This document shows, in pieces, positions 16,606 through 29,657 of a stretch of DNA of 64,000 nucleotides. How positions within the stretch are numbered: the stretch's first letter is position 1; the number at the start of each line of letters is the position of its first letter. The position numbers were made by a program, and so were the translations under genes. Below the pieces are notes generated by a model. That model did not search any database. It saw only the letters and a list, made by a program, of their open reading frames with translations, and was not told where the DNA came from. The DNA is from the human T2T-CHM13v2.0 reference genome, Homo sapiens. The DNA is taken from assembly GCF_009914755.1 (NCBI RefSeq), contig NC_060942.1. The stretch is one strand, 5' to 3'.

Positions 16606-17297
16606 CTGCTGTTGACTTACGCTTCTGCTCGCACACGCACAATTTAGAGCTCAGCAGCCCGACGCCGACCCCAGAACTTCTCGGTTCCCGACGTTTCTGG
16701 CCAACCTACAAGTCCACTTCAACCCAGCTCCCTCACGCCCCATCCCCACACCCTCCCGCCTTTTCTATCTATTTTTCTTCCTTAGGAGAAACATTTATGA
16801 AAATAAACAAACACCAAAGGGAAGAAAAAACAGTGGCAATGGAAGTTTCCACCGTCAAATCCCCAGCGAGCATTTCTCATCCAGCCTTGTCACCTGCCAC
16901 GGGTGGGACCACCCAGAGGGCCCTGGAAGACTCACGCAGGAGGGGAGGCAGGGCCAGGCGCCCATCTCAGCTGCCAGACACAGCCGACAGCCTGGCCTTG
17001 GCTCTGGGTGGAGCGAGAGGCTTTGTTGGCACAGCTGCTCCCTCTGTCCAGGGCTGGGGCTCCCCCCTCTGCCTCTGCACTGTGGAGCATGGTGGGACGC
17101 ACAAGCCAGCGCCTTGGATTGCTATGTCTCCTGAGGTCCCCTCAGGTTCTCACAATTCCCTGGGGCCCTCCTAAAGTCACTCTGGCATCGGGGAGGCCCC
17201 CAGAGACCCCCAAAGCAGCAGTTGCCCCTGTAGCCACACCAGGGCGCCCCGGGCTCCTCAGCCGGGACTTGCAAACTCCTGCAGTGGGCAGCACACC

Positions 17298-17762
17298 TGT
17301 GGGCAGAGGCTGCGGCGAGCAGACTGAGTCCTCTCTGAGCCTCCCTGTCTCCTCATGTTCTGAGCAGGTGTGGGCAGAGACCGCGGCGAGCAGACAGCAT
17401 CCTCTCTGAGCCTCCCTGTCCTCTCTGAGCCTCCCTTTCGCCTCGTGTTCTGAGCAGGTGTGGGCAGAGGCCATGGCGAGCAGACGGCGTCTTCTCTGAG
17501 CCTCCCTGTCTCCTCCCGTTCTGAGCAGGTGTGGGCAGAGGCCGCGGTGAGCAGGTAGCCTCCTCTCTGAGCCTCCCTTTCGCCTCGTGTGCTGAGCAGG
17601 CGTGGGCAGAGGCCACAGTGAGCAGACGGCCTCCTCTCTGAGCCTCCCTGTCTCCTCGTGTTCTGAGCAGGTGTGGGCAGAGGCCGCAATGAGCAGATGG
17701 CATCCTCTCTGAGCCTCCCTGTCCTCTCTGAGCCTCCCTGTCACCTCATGTTCTGAGCAGGG
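17298..17762. repeat. About 71-bp VNTR with optional 20-bp sub-duplication, about 6 copies
   Basis: tgtgggcagaggcc...ctctctgagcctccctg...ttctgagcagg units. Confidence 0.93.
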
Positions 17763-17854
17763 GCTCCTCGGCCGTCTGTCCTCTTTGACAATCAGTGACT
17801 TGGGAGTGGGCAGCAGTCATAATACCAAGGATGGGGAGGGTGAGACAGTGACTC

Positions 17855-18015
17855 TGAGTCATCTCCTCTTATAAGAACCTCAGTCATCGGGGTCAGGGTC
17901 CACCGTAGACCAGCCTGACCTAGCTACAACCCCGTTCCCAAATCCTGTCACCTTCACATCTGTGGGGTAAGGACTCAACACACCTTTATGGAGGGGCACA
18001 GTTCTACCCACAGCA
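17855..18015 (-). mobile_element. MLT1 LTR fragment
   Basis: ctcttataagaac...ttcccaaat...gggcacagttctacccacagca (reverse of the MLT1 5' part). Confidence 0.6.
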
Positions 18016-18274
18016 CAGGGTTATCTCTAATGAAGAAATCATTTCTGCTTCTATAGAGATTTAAAAATAATAAAGTCTCAACGTTTGAACCCTCTTAGGT
18101 CAGGAGGAAGCCCATGCTTTCAGCCCTACCCCAAGCTTAGGAGGAATGAAGTGACCTGCTGTCCCCTTCAGAAAGAGTGACCACTGACCCCTCCTGAGAT
18201 GGGAGCCGCCAACTGCCCACACCAAGGGTGGCTGAGGGACTCCACTGCTGTGGGGAGGGAAGGACACCCACAAA

Positions 18275-18440
18275 AGCCTGGGCGTGAGTCGAGTTTTTCT
18301 GCCACCAGCTGCGTTGCTTTCAGCCAGTCACTCGACCCCTGCAAACCCCAGTTTGTCCATCTGCACAGTGGGATAATAATGTCAGCTCCCCAGAGCGTGA
18401 GTGTTTGGAGCTGAGCACAGGCCATAATGAGGATTCCTGT
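18275..18440 (+). mobile_element. MIR fragment
   Basis: tctgccaccagctgcg...cccagtttgtccatctgcacagtgggataataat. Confidence 0.65.
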
Positions 18441-18857
18441 GCTGGTTTTCATGATAAAGAAAGGGAATTCCGGAGTGCTCAATATTTTACATGAGTTGCA
18501 GGTGGGCCGGTAGCGGAAGTGGGCAGCTGTCCTTCAACCCAGCCATAAACTCTGTTTATTGGTGACTATTGTTCTTATTCTTCTCTGCTGAATCCAAATC
18601 ACCTTTGCTCTATGGTCCATAAGATGAAAGTTTGTCTCTTTCCTCCTGCTAAGTAGCACATTTTCCTGGGATACCTTTATTAAGTTTAGGACAGGAGCAT
18701 CTTTGTACTGACAGCCCAAAGGTTTTCCACATTCCTCTGCAAACTTTGGAAAGTGGCAACGAATGTGCCCAAATATGTGGGAATAATTGTGCCCATCTAT
18801 GAATGCCGTGGAGAATCAGAAAGTTCCCAGCATTCCAGGAGAGGTTGCTCCTTGCTA

Positions 18858-19145
18858 CAAAAAAAAAAAGGAGAAGGAAGGAAGGGAGGGAGGGAGGGAG
18901 GAAGAGAGAGAGAGAAAGAGAGAGAAGGAAGGAAGGAAGGAAAAAGGAAAGAAGGAAGGAAAGAGAAAAAAGGAAAGAAGAAAGAAAGAAAAAGAAAGAA
19001 GGAAAGAAGAAAGAAAGAAGAAAGAAAAAGAAAGAAAGAGAGAGAGAGAGGAGGGAGGGAGGGAAGGAAGGAAGAAAGGAAGGAAGGAAGGAAGGAAGGA
19101 AAAGAAAAGAGAAGAGGAAGAAAGAAAGATAAAAGAAAAGATAAA
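18858..19145. repeat. Polypurine (GGAA/GAAA/GA)n tract
   Basis: About 285 bp almost entirely A/G. Confidence 0.97.
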
Positions 19146-19645
19146 GCTTTGCAGGGTAGAATGTTGATGAGGAGTCTGACAGAAAAAGCGCTCACGGGTT
19201 GTGCTCAGAGAAAGGACAGAGCCAGCACACATGGGCTGGTCAGAGGAGCCTGCAGGCACCAGGTTCCCGGGTCCCAGGTAAACAGCACAGGACCCCTGAG
19301 TGCTCCACAGAAAGGCAGGTGCTCACAGGACCTCAGGCCAGGAGTAACCTGGGAATGTGTTCTTTCCACTATCCTTTTCAAGCTGCTTCTAAATACATGC
19401 CAGTTGTGCAGATTTATTCACGACTTAGTAATTATCTAAATCAGGCCCCAAAATAGCTATTTTTATATAATTCAGAGAGTTTTCAAATAAACGTTTAAAA
19501 TGTATCATGTTTTATAAAGCTGTGTGTACAGTCTCATAATTCTTAGAGAAAAATAACCTAAAACTTTTACTAAACCTGTAATTTTACAACCCACAAGGAA
19601 CTAAACTTCCACCCAAATGCCGTTTATAAAACAACAGACACTTAT

Positions 19646-19882
19646 GGGAAGATCCGAATATTCATGATCCAGATATCCGCACAGGCCCCGGCATTGTTTT
19701 GACACATTTCATACACAGGCAGAATGTACTTGGCAATGCTGCAATCAGCCCCGCCACCAGCTTGATGTTGGCAAACCCAGTGTGTTCCAGGTACAGGCTT
19801 GTGTGCAGGACGCATAATTACAAACACTAGAGACACCTGTGGCCTGGTTCAAAATTTCATCTTCACCCTTCCGTGCCATTCA
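19646..19882 (-). pseudogene. Candidate exon, phase 2-2, 237 nt, one stop, donor GT changed to AT: EWHGRVKMKF*TRPQVSLVFVIMRP...ADIWIMNIRIF
   Basis: ttttactaaatcag| acceptor; CC|Ataagt is the consensus gtaagt with G>A. Confidence 0.5.
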
Positions 19883-20226
19883 CTGATTTAGTAAAAGCCT
19901 TTAGCTTTCATGATAGAAAACAACGTGTGACTAAAGCTGAAAAGCAAAGATTTCAAGAAAAAGTAAATGAGATATTTTTCCCATAAAAATGAAGGCAGTT
20001 CTTAAATACTTTGAGAACTATCTCAAAATCCACAAATTCTTTTTGGATTTCTTGTACAGTGGGCAAAAGTAAGCCTATCCACCGCCCGCCCCCCCAACAC
20101 CAAAAAAAAATATCTATAGTGAGTTCAGTAACTGACAGAGCTTTGAAGTGTTCGCGGCATCTTCCACCAGAGTTCACAGCTGTGGCAAACAGTCTGGTGC
20201 GGCTCTAATTTCTAATTATGACTCAC

Positions 20227-20339
20227 AACGACTGGGGGCGGTTGTCAATGTTACTTGTCCCGTGGTGAGAAACAAAATGACTCCATGTTCTGCTGCCAAC
20301 CAAATCATCCAATTCTTTAGCAAAGCTAAGAATAATCAA
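20227..20339 (-). pseudogene. Candidate SEA-like exon, phase 0-2, stop-free: LIILSFAKELDDLVGSRTWSHFVSHHGTSNIDNRPQS
   Basis: ggtttttgttatttag| acceptor; GTT|gtgagt donor; joins the exon at 19882 in frame. Confidence 0.5.
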
Positions 20340-20565
20340 CTAAATAACAAAAACCAACAGGAGTGATGAACATCTTAGGAATGGCTACTGACGTCCCCAG
20401 GAGGATATTCTCACGCGGAACCCAAAGCTCCAGGAATTTCTCCAGTTTTCAGAGAAGATGCTGAACTTTCCACTTCAGAGAAGTTGCTGAACTTTCCACC
20501 TTACATTTCTTCCTCGGGCTCTGACATGCACTGGGCCCAGCAAGGAGGAGTTGCCCTTCTAGAGC

Positions 20566-20935
20566 ACACTCTGCTCCCCCCACACTCAGACACCGCATGA
20601 AGCCGTGTCCCTGCACACCCACTGGACACTGAATCAAAGAGCCTGAAGTCACACTCTGCTCCCCTGGCACTCAGATAACCTCACGGAGCCCTGTCCCTGC
20701 ACACACACTGGACGCCGGATCACAGACCCTGAAATCATGCTCAGTCTTCCTCACATGAAGGACAAGTAGCTGCATCTTGAGATCCGTCCCTGTGATGGAC
20801 ACATGGGGTGAGCACAGGGGATATACACAGAACACTATAGCCTGAGGTCCGACCCTGTGATGAACATATGACAAGGGTACAGAAATCTGGAGCTCGAGAT
20901 CCTTCCCTGTGATAGGCACATGAGGTGTGTGCAGA
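20566..20935. repeat. Old degenerate tandem repeats (about 86 bp x2, then about 60 bp x3)
   Basis: acactctgctcccc...tgtccctgcacac twice; ccctgtgat...acat three times. Confidence 0.7.
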
Positions 20936-21809
20936 AGGAAGGGGGTGCCGCACCCCATCTGTAAGCAGGAGCCAAGCCACATGTTGCTGGGACTAGCAAG
21001 GGACTTGTGTTCCCATCGAAGCACAAGAAAGACAGGCTGCAACTTAGAAAGGTGACCGCTGCAGAGACCAGCCGTCCAGTTGGGGCCCACTGCTGTGGCG
21101 TCTTCCCTCATTCTTCCCTCCGCTTGGACTTGATCGATGGCCTGGACCAGCGTGAAGACCACCTGTGAGGGCTGGGGCCCCAGCCACCCAGTCAGGGGTA
21201 CTTGACCCTGGAGGCCAGGGATCAAATATCAGAGTGACGTGGATTTTAGTGACTCTGTTCTGGTTCTTAAACGAAGAGAAACGGTCACAGGAGCGTGAGT
21301 GAAGCCGACTACACATCCATGTCCGAGAGCCTCCCTGAGGGCTCTCAGAGAGCTGCGTCACCTGCCTGTTGGGCACCTTGTCTTGGCCTGAGACCCGCAT
21401 CTTTTCATCTCAGAGGGTGAAGCATGCATACTCTCCTCAAGAAGAATTTCGGGAAGACTTTGCACTGTACTTGGGGGATTTTTCAGGGAGCTTCTCTGAG
21501 GGAGTAAAGAGTGGTCCCAGGCACTGGGTGTCATGTGTTGTCACCTGTCACCACTGCCTGCCAAGCCCCACGCTTGTCAGATGCAAGGCAGAGCAAGCTG
21601 GAGAATGAGGGACGCCTCACAAGGCTGGCAGTCACATCCCTGTGCACCCACCAGAGCCACACACACCACCATTTCTCTTTAATATGAGCAAAATCTAATA
21701 CTGAGGGATTTTCTCCGGGTAGCAATGTTCTGTCAGAAAGATTCCAAAAGAATCTATGAGGCTCTCATGAAGAGTCATCTGAAGGTTGATTGTGGGGAAC
21801 AAAGCTCAC

Positions 21810-21889
21810 TCTTCAATGTGAAGACAGCTTTCGGCAAACACCCTCCTGCAGCGTTCACTGAACATGAATGTGCAGAGAGTCGTCGATAC
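21810..21889 (-). pseudogene. Candidate 80-nt exon
   Basis: attttatag| acceptor; AGA|gtgagc donor. Open in phase 2, which is compatible with the exon at 22211. Confidence 0.35.
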
Positions 21890-22210
21890 CTATAAAATAT
21901 CTGCAGTAGGTTTTGCCTTCACTGCCCAGCATTTCTGAAGACATTGGTGGTAAATTTGCAGTGAGGTTTGGAACACACACGCCTATCCTTTGCTGACTTA
22001 TGTACCGCCTCTTCGTGCCCAAAAAAACCATTTTAAAATGTATTCCTTGCTTTGCTTTCAGGAATTTGTTAATTTGGGCCTTTTAACATAGGGTATCGCA
22101 TTACACTAAAACCTGACCTTCCCTGGCAGGAGGTATCATAAAAGTTATACAAAAGAGCTCCATTCACAAGGATGTTGGTGGTGCAGTCAGTCTGAATAAT
22201 CAGACCTTAC

Positions 22211-22330
22211 TTAAAAGTAAGGGAACACAGAACCCATTCTCCTAGCCATTCATTTTAAAATTAGAGTCTTTCAACTGCTTTATACAACAGGCCACACAGC
22301 GTGGTCAGGTAATAAAAGTAACAAGCCAAC
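22211..22330 (-). pseudogene. Candidate exon, phase 2-2, with acceptor AG changed to AT: LACYFYYLTTLCGLLYKAVERL*F*NEWLGEWVLCSLTF
   Basis: tttcttatttatttattttcAT| acceptor; TAA|gtaagg donor; 120 nt. Confidence 0.45.
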
Positions 22331-24328
22331 ATGAAAATAAATAAATAAGAAAGCATTAAGGAGGAAAGACTAGGAGGATAATCCAAAGGGTTACACATCT
22401 GTGGTTGTTATAAGGAATTATTTAAGTTATCATTTTCACCAAAGCTGTTCTAGCTCAGTAAAAATTCCCCTTATGGTGGGAGTGCAGCAATGCATGTCTG
22501 TTGCTCTTGCTGTAAAGTTTAGTTAGAACAGAATAGCTTGTGTTTGGGCCTCACCTCGTGTTTGTGGACATCTGAAGTTAAGAAAAGCATTCGTCTTTCG
22601 GGCAATCAGAGCCCAAAGTCCCAAACTGTGTGAATATTAGTTAATGAAGATGCTAATGTTGCTGTCATTTGCCACCGAAGTGATAAATAGGCACTGCAGA
22701 CTTGGATGCAGACACACAAGGGTTCCCGCCCAATCTGTGTTAACATAAACTGGGTGTGCAGGAGGTGAAAATGAGAAAACAGAGATGTCAGCTTGAGCTC
22801 GCTGGTGGGAACCTGAGCCAGGCCAGTTCCAGGACCTGTAAGGATGGTCAACATCACTTCTGATTTGTGGGCCGGGTATTGGGAAAGCAACACCGATTTG
22901 AGCTTCAATAAGACCATACCATGAAGCCACAGATAAACATATATCTGCACACTATCACTCTACATGAGCAGTCACAAACTATAGCTGGGCGCTACAAGAA
23001 TTTCCATCCATTCTACTGAAAGGACAGGCACCATTGGATCAGAGGACGGAGCTGTGGCAATGACGTCACTCTGCAGAGCTGATCTCTGCCTTCTTTGCAC
23101 TGTCTACCTCCTCAGGCAGAGTCTCCCATCCCATGGAAGCTGAAATTTTATCAGTTTAACAGCCTGTGCCCCAACAGTTTTAACAGAGGCCAGCTGACTC
23201 CTGCTAGCTTAGACGGGGCCACTGCCCATCCCTGAGCTGATGGCCATGACATCTCAGTGCAGGCCGGGTTCTGTGCTCCCTACTGGAGGTAGGCAAGAAG
23301 TCAGCCACACCAACGCCTCACAAACTCATGATGCCAGGTAAAAGGGCAAAATAAGGACGTCTGAAAATCCTGTCATGCATTAAAGCAATGAAAAAGTGGC
23401 AAAATGATCAGCATTTTCAGAACTCAGGGAATTAACCAAAAATTTGCAGCAATCCAGGGATCTTTTTTTTTTTTTTCCAGGAAAAATGACTGAAAAGAAC
23501 ATGACTGTAAGAACAGTGAGCACACTGGAATTTTAACGTGGCTTCCTCCCACCCTTCCTTTCCAGCTGTGCAGCACACCTGAAAGTCAGAATCCAGCAGT
23601 CATGGTGAAACCCGGCAATCGGGCAGGCATGGGAGGGGCAGATTCCCAGAGAATCCCGAGTACTCAACCTGCCTGTTGGGTCCCAGAAGGACCCCATTTG
23701 CAAGGCTGTCTTCGTCTGACCCGACTCACAGCCCATCCAGTATGAAAAGCCTTCTCCACTGCAAGTGTCCATTTGGTTTCTCTTTGCGACACTTCTCCTC
23801 CCCTGTCTGATTTAAAGGATAACTGCATAAAGCAATACTTAGAAATATATGTTAATGGGCACACAATATATAAATGTGTAATTTATATGATGATAACCAC
23901 ACAAAGGAATGGAGAGGGCGTGGAGCTATATGAAAGCACAGTTTCTGTACACTATTGAAAGTAAATTAGTATTATATATTCAATGTCATTTTTGTTTCTG
24001 TGTTTCTACTTTACTGCCTTCTTTGAGGTTGAATAGATATGTCTGTGTATCGTTATAATTCCTTCACCTTTTCTTTTCCTTTTTAAAGTTATTTTCTTAT
24101 TGGTTGCCCTAGGGACTTTAATTAGTATCTTAGCTAATGAAAATGTAGTTTAGGTTAGTACAAGCTCAATTTCAATAGTAAACAAATATTAACCCAAACT
24201 AGATTAAACATATAGAAACAAATATTAAAATGACATACATAGAGCTAAACTTGTCAGTAACTGAATTAAATGTAAATAGACAAAGCACTCTAATTAAAGG
24301 CAGTTTGGCAGAATGGATTTTAAAAAGA

Positions 24329-24795
<467 letters not shown>

Positions 24796-24827
24796 TCACT
24801 AGAATAAAAAAGGATATTCTGTAATTA

Positions 24828-25094
<267 letters not shown>

Positions 25095-26263
25095 TTACAT
25101 TAATAATTGGAGACTTCAGCCTAACTTTCAATAACAGCTATAACTAGACAGAAGATCAATAAGGAAATAGAGGACTTGAACAACACTATAAACTAATTAG
25201 ACCTAACAGACATATATGTAACACTCCACCCACAAGAGCGGAATACTCATTCCTTTCAAGCACACTTGGGGCACTTTCCAGGATAGGTCATGTTCAACCA
25301 TTAAGCAAGTCTCAGTCAATTTAAAAGGTCTGAAATCCTACAAAGTATATTATCTAAGTACAATGGAATAAAATTAGAAATCAAAAATATGTGGGAAATT
25401 TATACTAGAAGGAAATTAAACAATAGACCCCCAAATAACAATGGGTCAAAGGAGAAATCACAATGAAAAATTAGAAAATACTGTGAAGTGAATGAAAATG
25501 AAAATACAACATATGAATATTATTGACTGCAGTGAAAGCAGTGATTCGAAATTTAAAGCTATAAGTGTGTACTTTTTTTTTATTTTTCATATCTCCATCT
25601 CTAGGACATCTGTAATCTCTTTAATTTCTATTCGACAATATAAGTGTGTACTTTTAAAGAAAACTGAAATCAACAACTTTATCTTTTGTATTAAGAACCT
25701 AATAAAAGAAGAAGAAAATAAACTCAAAGTAAACAGAAAGAATAATAAAAATAGTAGTGAAAATGAACTAGAGAACAGAAAAACAACAGAGAAAATTTTT
25801 AAATTATGAAAATTCTTTCAAAGATCAATCAAACTGACAAAACTTAAGCAAGACTGGCAAAGAAAAAAAAGAGAGAAGACCTAAATTACTAAAATCAGTA
25901 ATAAAAGAGGGGACATTACTGTCTACCTTACAGAAATAAAAAAGGATTATAAGGGAATACTATAAACAATTGCATGCCAAAAAAAAGCCTGTATGAAATC
26001 GAAAAATTCCTAGAAAGATATGAAGTACTCTAGAAGAAATTGAAAATATGATTCCAGAAGGAATTAAAAATCTAAATAGACCTATAACAATAAGTAAAGT
26101 TATTGAACTCATAGTGATAATTTTAAAAAATAAAAAATAAAACTAACTAAAAACTTCTCCACAGAGAAAAGCCCAAAGCCAGATGGCTTACTGGTAGAAT
26201 CTACTAAATATTTAAAGAAGAATTAACACTAATTCTTTATGGAGAGAGAGAGAGAGAGACAAG

Positions 26264-26706
26264 TGTAATGAACTCTTACAATTTTATGTTAACTTGGTTT
26301 TAGCCATTTTGGTTTTTGCTATCTAGCTCAAATAACAGGTTCTCATTTTCACTTCTGTGGCTGAGGCAAGATACCCCTCACCCAACACCCACACACAGCC
26401 TCAGAGCCAGCAGGACCTCAAGATAACACCTCCTCATGGGAAAGGATTTCCACAGTTGTTTGCTTTGAACTGTCCAATTGCTACCCTGCCTCCCAAATGC
26501 CTAAGTTCTCCACCTTGAACCTCACTAAAGGCAAGGGCCCCAGATTCACACTTCCCCTGCCTGCACTCCCTGACCCCATTTGTGGGGTCTCCAGGTATGC
26601 CACGCACCCCTCAGGACCTGTGAGGAATAAAATATTTATTTCCATTCTATGTACCTGCTAATCATTAAAAGTGTGCTCTCCACTATAAAAGTCCTACAGT
26701 AAAACA
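26264..26706 (+). mobile_element. Solo LTR (family unassigned) inserted in L1
   Basis: TG...CA ends, AATAAA at about 26626, and L1 sequence resumes on both sides. Confidence 0.6.
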
Positions 26707-27500
26707 AGGAGTGGAAAATTTCAACCCATTCTGTAAGTCCAGTATTACCCTGATTCTAAAAGCAGATAAAGACATTACGAGAAAGGATAACTACAAACCA
26801 GTGCCCATGATGAATATAAATGGATTATCAAAAATATATATATGGCTAAACTGAATCCAGCAACATAGAAAAAAAAAGATTATGCCCATGACCAAATGGA
26901 ATTTATCCCAGTAATGCAAGGTTGGTTCAACATACAAAAATCAGCCATGTAATGCACCATATTAATAGATTAAAGGACAGAGCACATGATAGATACAGAC
27001 AAAGCTTTTAATAGATCTTAATAGATGCAGAAAACACATTTTACAAATCCAACATACTTTCATAATAAAAAAAAATTCAATAAACTAGGAATCATGGGGA
27101 ACTTCCTCAACCTGATAAAGGTCACCTATGAAAAACCCGCAGCTAACTTATTACTTAATGGTAAAAACTAAGCTTTCCCTCCAAGATCAGAAACAAGACA
27201 AGGATATACATGCGACCACTTCTATCTAACATTGTTCTGGAGATTACAGTCCTGGCAATTAGGCCAGGGAAAGAAACAAAAGGCATTCAGACTGGAAAGG
27301 AAGACGTACAACTACCTCTAGCTGCAGGTGATGTGATGTCATATATTGAAAGCACCAGGGAGTTGCATACATGCATACACACTATTAGTGCTAAGTTCAG
27401 CAAGCTTTCAAGAAGGGAAAGGTATACTTCAAGGATCAGACATTCAGCATAAAACAAGTATGAAGGGAGAAGAGGTGAAGAACTAAACTGGAAGGGTGCA

Positions 27501-27859
27501 CAGTAGTCCCCAATCTTTTTGGCACCAGGGACCAGTTTTGTGGAAGATAATTTTTCCACAGACTAGGGTAGGGACAGGGGCTGCGGAGTGGAGGATGCTT
27601 TTGGGATGAAAATGTTCCATCCACCTCAGATCATCAGACATTAGATTCTCAGAAGGAGCATGCAACCTAGATCCCTGCCATGCACAGTTCACAGTAGGGT
27701 TTGCACTCCTATGAGAATCTAATCCCACCGCTGAACTGACAGGAGGCGGAGCTCAGGTGGTAAAACTTGCTCACCCACTGCTCACCTCCTGTGTATGGCC
27801 CAGTTCCTAACAGCCCATGGATGGGTACCAGTCTATGACCCAGGGATTGGGGACACCTG
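27501..27859 (-). mobile_element. MER1B-like hAT-Charlie MITE
   Basis: Terminal inverted repeats cagtagtccccaa / ttggggacacctg; ttagattctc...gagaatctaa internal palindrome. Confidence 0.85.
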
Positions 27860-27869
27860 CTCTAGAGCC

Positions 27870-28050
27870 AGGACATATGGGGCCCTTGAGTCATGTTAGG
27901 ACGGCACTTACCCCTCTTAGTCACCACTTTCTTATTTGTAAATGAAAACACTATTTGCATAATATGATATTCATGTATGTTAAATCTCACAATGCTATGT
28001 ACACAACATGGTGCCAGGCTTCCGGTAAATTCTCAATAAATGTTAGCCCT
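27870..28050 (+). mobile_element. MIR fragment
   Basis: tttcttatttgtaaatg...ctcaataaatgttagc. Confidence 0.55.
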
Positions 28051-28120
28051 GCTGTGATTTCTGAAATAATAAAAATGTGTTCAATTATGAAGTTCAAACT
28101 AAAAGGCAGATGGGGCTGCC

Positions 28121-28206
28121 TAGGGAATGGCCATTCCAAGACACCAAACTTCGCATGTTGACATCAAGTGAAAGCGTGTATGAGGATGTGATGAGAGGAA
28201 TTGTTG
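28121..28206 (-). pseudogene. Candidate exon: TIPLITSSYTLSLDVNMRSLVSWNGHSL
   Basis: ttctttatttttag| acceptor; FN3 C-strand-like 'ITSSYTLSL'. Donor uncertain. Confidence 0.35.
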
Positions 28207-29274
28207 CTAAAAATAAAGAATTCCAAACTTCTAATGAATGTATCTCATGTATGATACTATCACTTTATCTCTTTTAATTTCACAAGAACCCTAGGAGGCA
28301 GATTCTGTTAATATACTCAATTTTCAGGTGAGGAAATTCATGCTCAAAAGAGCAAGTTCTTTTTATAAAGTGTGAACCAGAGCACTTCGGTGCAATACCG
28401 CCTTTACTAAAAGATCAGGGGATAAAAATTGAAGTTGGGTGTGGTTATTTAAACATATATTACAAGCATAAGTACAAAATGCACTCCAGGGATAATAAGA
28501 TGACTCAGCCACCATCCTTGCCTCAAGGGACTGTGGCTCCTAGGCTAACGAGTTCCATCAGATCTAGACATGGGCTGGGCACTTTCTTCACACTTCAGCA
28601 ACAGAGCTGGAAATGTCTGGACAGCATGTGCTCACGTTGTGGCCTTTAGAACCTGGAAGCACCAGAACTGAAGCTGCTGTTCCCGGTTTGGATTTTTGAA
28701 GACACCTGTGCTGAGCACTGAATGCTAATAAACACTTAGATATAAGTTGCTGTCTATGCCAAGTTATGATTGCCAAAGTGTGGTTTTCCCATTAACTGAT
28801 GCCTCATGGGCTCCTTTCCAATTGACTTCTCAGTGCAACTATCCAAACCCCTTCCCCACCTAGAAGCCTACCCATTTATAAAGATGATAGTTAAGTTGTA
28901 CCTCTATAAGAATTCCCATAATACTTTCAAAACTTCGATCATTCAATGCCTGCTGACAAATGATGGAACCCAGCATGGCCTGGGTCTCCTGTGGCCAATG
29001 CAACTGCAGTGTGGGTGGAGCCCTGCTGGGAGTCTCTAAACCTCACACGCTGTGCTCAGGAGGGCAGATGACACCCCGCCATGGCACAGCTCTGGAGCTG
29101 GGCTGGAGCCCCAGTTGTCTCAGCTTTGATAAGGTTTGTCATGGCACCTGTGTGTTCTTTCAGGATTGCAGACCACTGGAGCTGATGGTGAGACTGAATG
29201 AGGAAGACACAAAGCCTTCACTTTATTTCTAACAGGGGCAGCGTCTCCTCTAGCCAATCGATTTTGGAGGTTAG

Positions 29275-29452
29275 AATGGTAAGCGGTGACAAGCATCAGC
29301 CTGGAATTCGACAGACTTGGAATCACTTCCTGGTGCCATTTACCAGTTGTCAGGCATCGGTTAAGTGGTTTAACTCCTCTCAACCTCCATTTCCTCACCT
29401 ATAAAATAGACACCGTAATGTCTGGCACTCATGAGTCATTGTGAGGAGCTGA
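29275..29452 (+). mobile_element. MIR
   Basis: aagtggtttaactcctctcaacctccatttcctcacctataaaatag. Confidence 0.7.
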
Positions 29453-29591
29453 ATTTCAACCCAATAAATATTTTTAATCTTTGAATGGTACTCATTCTTT
29501 GATAATATGTGACATAATTAAATCAATTGTTCACTTAATCAGACTGTGTCTTAGTTTTCAAACTTAGGAAAAAGAGATAACATCTTCCTAC

Positions 29592-29657
29592 CTTAGTTGC
29601 ATTGCAGAATTTGAGACTTCCCACAGGGAGATAAAAAAAGGTCACATATAAGCATCA
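29592..29657 (-). pseudogene. Candidate exon resembling an FN3 start, phase 2-2: DAYM*PFFISLWEVSNSAMQL
   Basis: ctcttgcttttcag| acceptor; AAG|gtagga donor; a single TGA (possibly from CGA). Confidence 0.5.

Noticed and set aside
16262-17762. CRISPR-like regularly spaced repeats (also at 5281, 34510 and 46486)
   Set aside because: Head-to-tail units with no unique spacers and no cas genes, in a eukaryotic context; these are minisatellites.
18753-19439. 228-aa Lys/Arg/Glu-rich ORF
   Set aside because: Artefact of the polypurine repeat.
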